Below, one piece after another: positions 61,721 to 64,000 of a DNA stretch of 64,000 bases. Source of the stretch: Antedon mediterranea (taxonomy: Eukaryota; Animalia; Echinodermata); assembly GCF_964355755.1 (NCBI RefSeq), contig NC_092672.1, positions 19,295,237 to 19,359,236 of the forward strand, given 5' to 3'. Below the pieces are notes generated by a model, which saw nothing but the letters and a program-made list of their open reading frames with translations, did not search any database and was not told where the DNA came from. How positions within the stretch are numbered: position 1 is the first letter of the stretch; every line of letters begins with the position of its first letter. The position numbers were made by a program, and so were the translations under genes.

Positions 61721-62749
61721 TACTGGATTTGGATCAGAGTGCAAACAATTGTTGGAAGGTGTTAAGATTATGGGAGGGGTATGTGCTTTCAACCCTAATA
61801 AGGAATGTCAGAGCCTAAAATCTGGGCAGTCTCTAGGCAATTTTTGAACGGCAACCGATTCTTTGTAAAAGATGCCGAGATTTAATTCATTTTCTTAATT
61901 TTTCTTTAATTTTTTTTTTCTCTTTTGTTGAGGCAGCCCACTTTTATTGCACGTATTATGATAAACAATAATGATGAAAGTTATATCTATCTATCATTGG
62001 ATATTTATGTGATACAGTAGTACACATCCTGAGGTTATAAGAGTATAGGAAATATTGTGATATTGTGTTGAAATCTAAATATGATAAACAAGTATACAGA
62101 GAAAATTTATATTACAGAGCTAAAACGATATAAAAAACATTCAGTATTATAAATTTAGATTCAATATAATAATAATAATAATTATAAGATGTTTTGTTTA
62201 ATTCTTTGATAAAATGGTATAGTTTTAAATTGATAAAGAAAGACATTTTGAACATAATGCTTTCAAGATGTACATGAATTATATGATAAAATAACAAACT
62301 AATTGCAAAACTAAACCCAAACCGAAGTATGGACATACGCCCTCGTTGCTAGCCAGGTTTATTAGCTAGCACCAGTTGTGTCTTGGTTCATCCTGGACAC
62401 GAACTTTGAATCCTCTGAATAAAAACAGTACTTAGTAAAATGTTTGGAATAATAGTGCAATTTCCGGATAGATTCCATAATTCCCAAAATTTTCCAGCAT
62501 TAGCCTGAACCATGTACGTGGGCTAATTTAAATTTACCAGTAGATCATTAGGCCTACCAAAACTAGCCCTTGATCCCCGCAATGGCTCTCTGTATTAAAC
62601 TACAAAATAATATCTTAAACCAGTCTATTGAAAATGAAAAAACAAATCTGATAAACTTAAAGACAGTATATATAGACCTAGGTTTTTTGTAAAAATAAAT
62701 ACTATTACTATATAGACATATTGCGGAAAAAAAATTGATTCTAATAATT

Positions 62750-63703
62750 TTAGCGGCCTGTTTTAAATCCCAACAGCAGTTTTGGTTGCTACTGATAAGC
62801 TAGTTTGCTATTGAATTTGAAGGGTTAAGTGTTTCACTGCTATAGCAGCTATTTCTGCTATAGCTCGAAAAGCAGATGTGATTGCTAATGATATGCTATT
62901 GTGCTATTGAAGTCTAAGGGTTAAGTCTGACTGCTATAGCAGCTATTTTTGCTATAGCTGGAAAAGCAGTTATGGTTGCTATTGATTTGTTATTATGCTA
63001 TTGAAGTCCGAGGGTTAAGTGTTACTGCTATAGCAGCTATTTTTGCTATAGCTGGAAAAGCAGTTATGGTTGCTATTGATTTGCTATTAATATTATGCTA
63101 TTGAATTTGAAGGGTTAAGTGTTTCACTGCTATAGCAGCTATTTCTGCTATAGCTCAAAAAGCAGATGTGATTGCTAATGATATGCTATTATGCTATTGA
63201 AGTCCAAGGGTTAAGTGTTACTGCTATAGCAGCTATTTTTGCTATAGCTGGAAAAGCAGTTATGGTTGCTATTGATTTGTTATTATGCTATTGAAGTCCG
63301 AGGGTTAAGTGTTTACTGCTATTGTGGTTGCTATTGGTTTGCTATTATGCTAATGAAGTCTGAGGGTTAAGTGTTACTGCTATAGCAGCTATTTTTGCTA
63401 TAGCTGGAAAAGCAGTTATGGTTGCTATTGATTTGCTATTATGCTATTGAATTTGAAGGGTTAAGTGTTTCACTGCTGTAGCAGCTATTTTGCTATAGCT
63501 GGAAAAGCAGTTGTGGTTGCTATTGATTTGTTAATATGCTATTGAAGTCTGAGGGTTAAGTGTTACTGCTATAGCAGCTATTTTTGCTATAGCTGGAAAA
63601 GCAGTTATGGTTGCTATTGATTTGTTAATATGCTATTGAAGTCTGAGGGTTAAGTGTTACTGCTATAGCAGCTATTTTTAGCGGCCTGTTTTACATCCCA
63701 ACA
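62750..63703. repeat. ~95-bp tandem array (~10 units) between short direct repeats
   Basis: agggttaagtgttactgctatagcagctatttttgctatagc.. is periodic; ttttagcggcctgtttta(a/c)atcccaaca occurs at both ends. Confidence 0.9.
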
Positions 63704-64000
63704 TGCATCGCGTGCGGATTGATATTTCATATTGTGAGGTGATGATCGGTCACATGAAAAGGTAAACAAATTAAAGAACTGTAACTTTTCAGCTAAAATA
63801 CCTGGTCTTGCCTGCAAAACTAAGCCCAACTATTAAGCTAGATCAAACGTCTAGAACTTTCGAAGCGAGCTACTTAGGGAGTGCATTAATTTTCTCTTTT
63901 ATCATAATTAACCATAAAATGCACATTTAATGTTTTTAAAGTTATATATTATTTTTACAAAACGGCAACAATTGCAGATCTAGTGTCTTTAACCAATATT

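Overview
AT-rich animal genomic DNA, most likely a marine invertebrate (inferred from spliceosomal introns and the TE repertoire). No intact host gene is recognisable; the window is a dense nest of transposons. (1) A Mag-like Ty3/Gypsy element (7838-19435, minus strand, 129-bp LTRs, TSD CTCAC) is interrupted by a 5'-truncated LINE and by a second, pol-less LTR element (12412-18747, TSD GTGT). That nested element is the most unusual feature. It encodes a Gag with an N-terminal helix-hairpin-helix-like motif, an integrase-tail/PHD-finger ORF, and a GC-rich Zn-finger + TatD-like ORF whose metal ligands all appear substituted. Both accessory ORFs sit behind splice acceptors. (2) A Kolobok-type DNA transposon carries a spliced DDE transposase and a convergent KolX/P2X7-ballast-like gene, alongside non-autonomous TTAA relatives, one with ~1.15-kb inverted arms. 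(3) A P-like element holds an internally deleted Gypsy. (4) There are Harbinger-type MITEs including a 2.8-kb spacerless palindrome, hAT/EnSpm/Sola/Helentron-like MITEs, satellites, and degenerate paralogous LRR-like (possibly TLR-like) relics. All calls come from reading the sequence by eye; no database searches were run.
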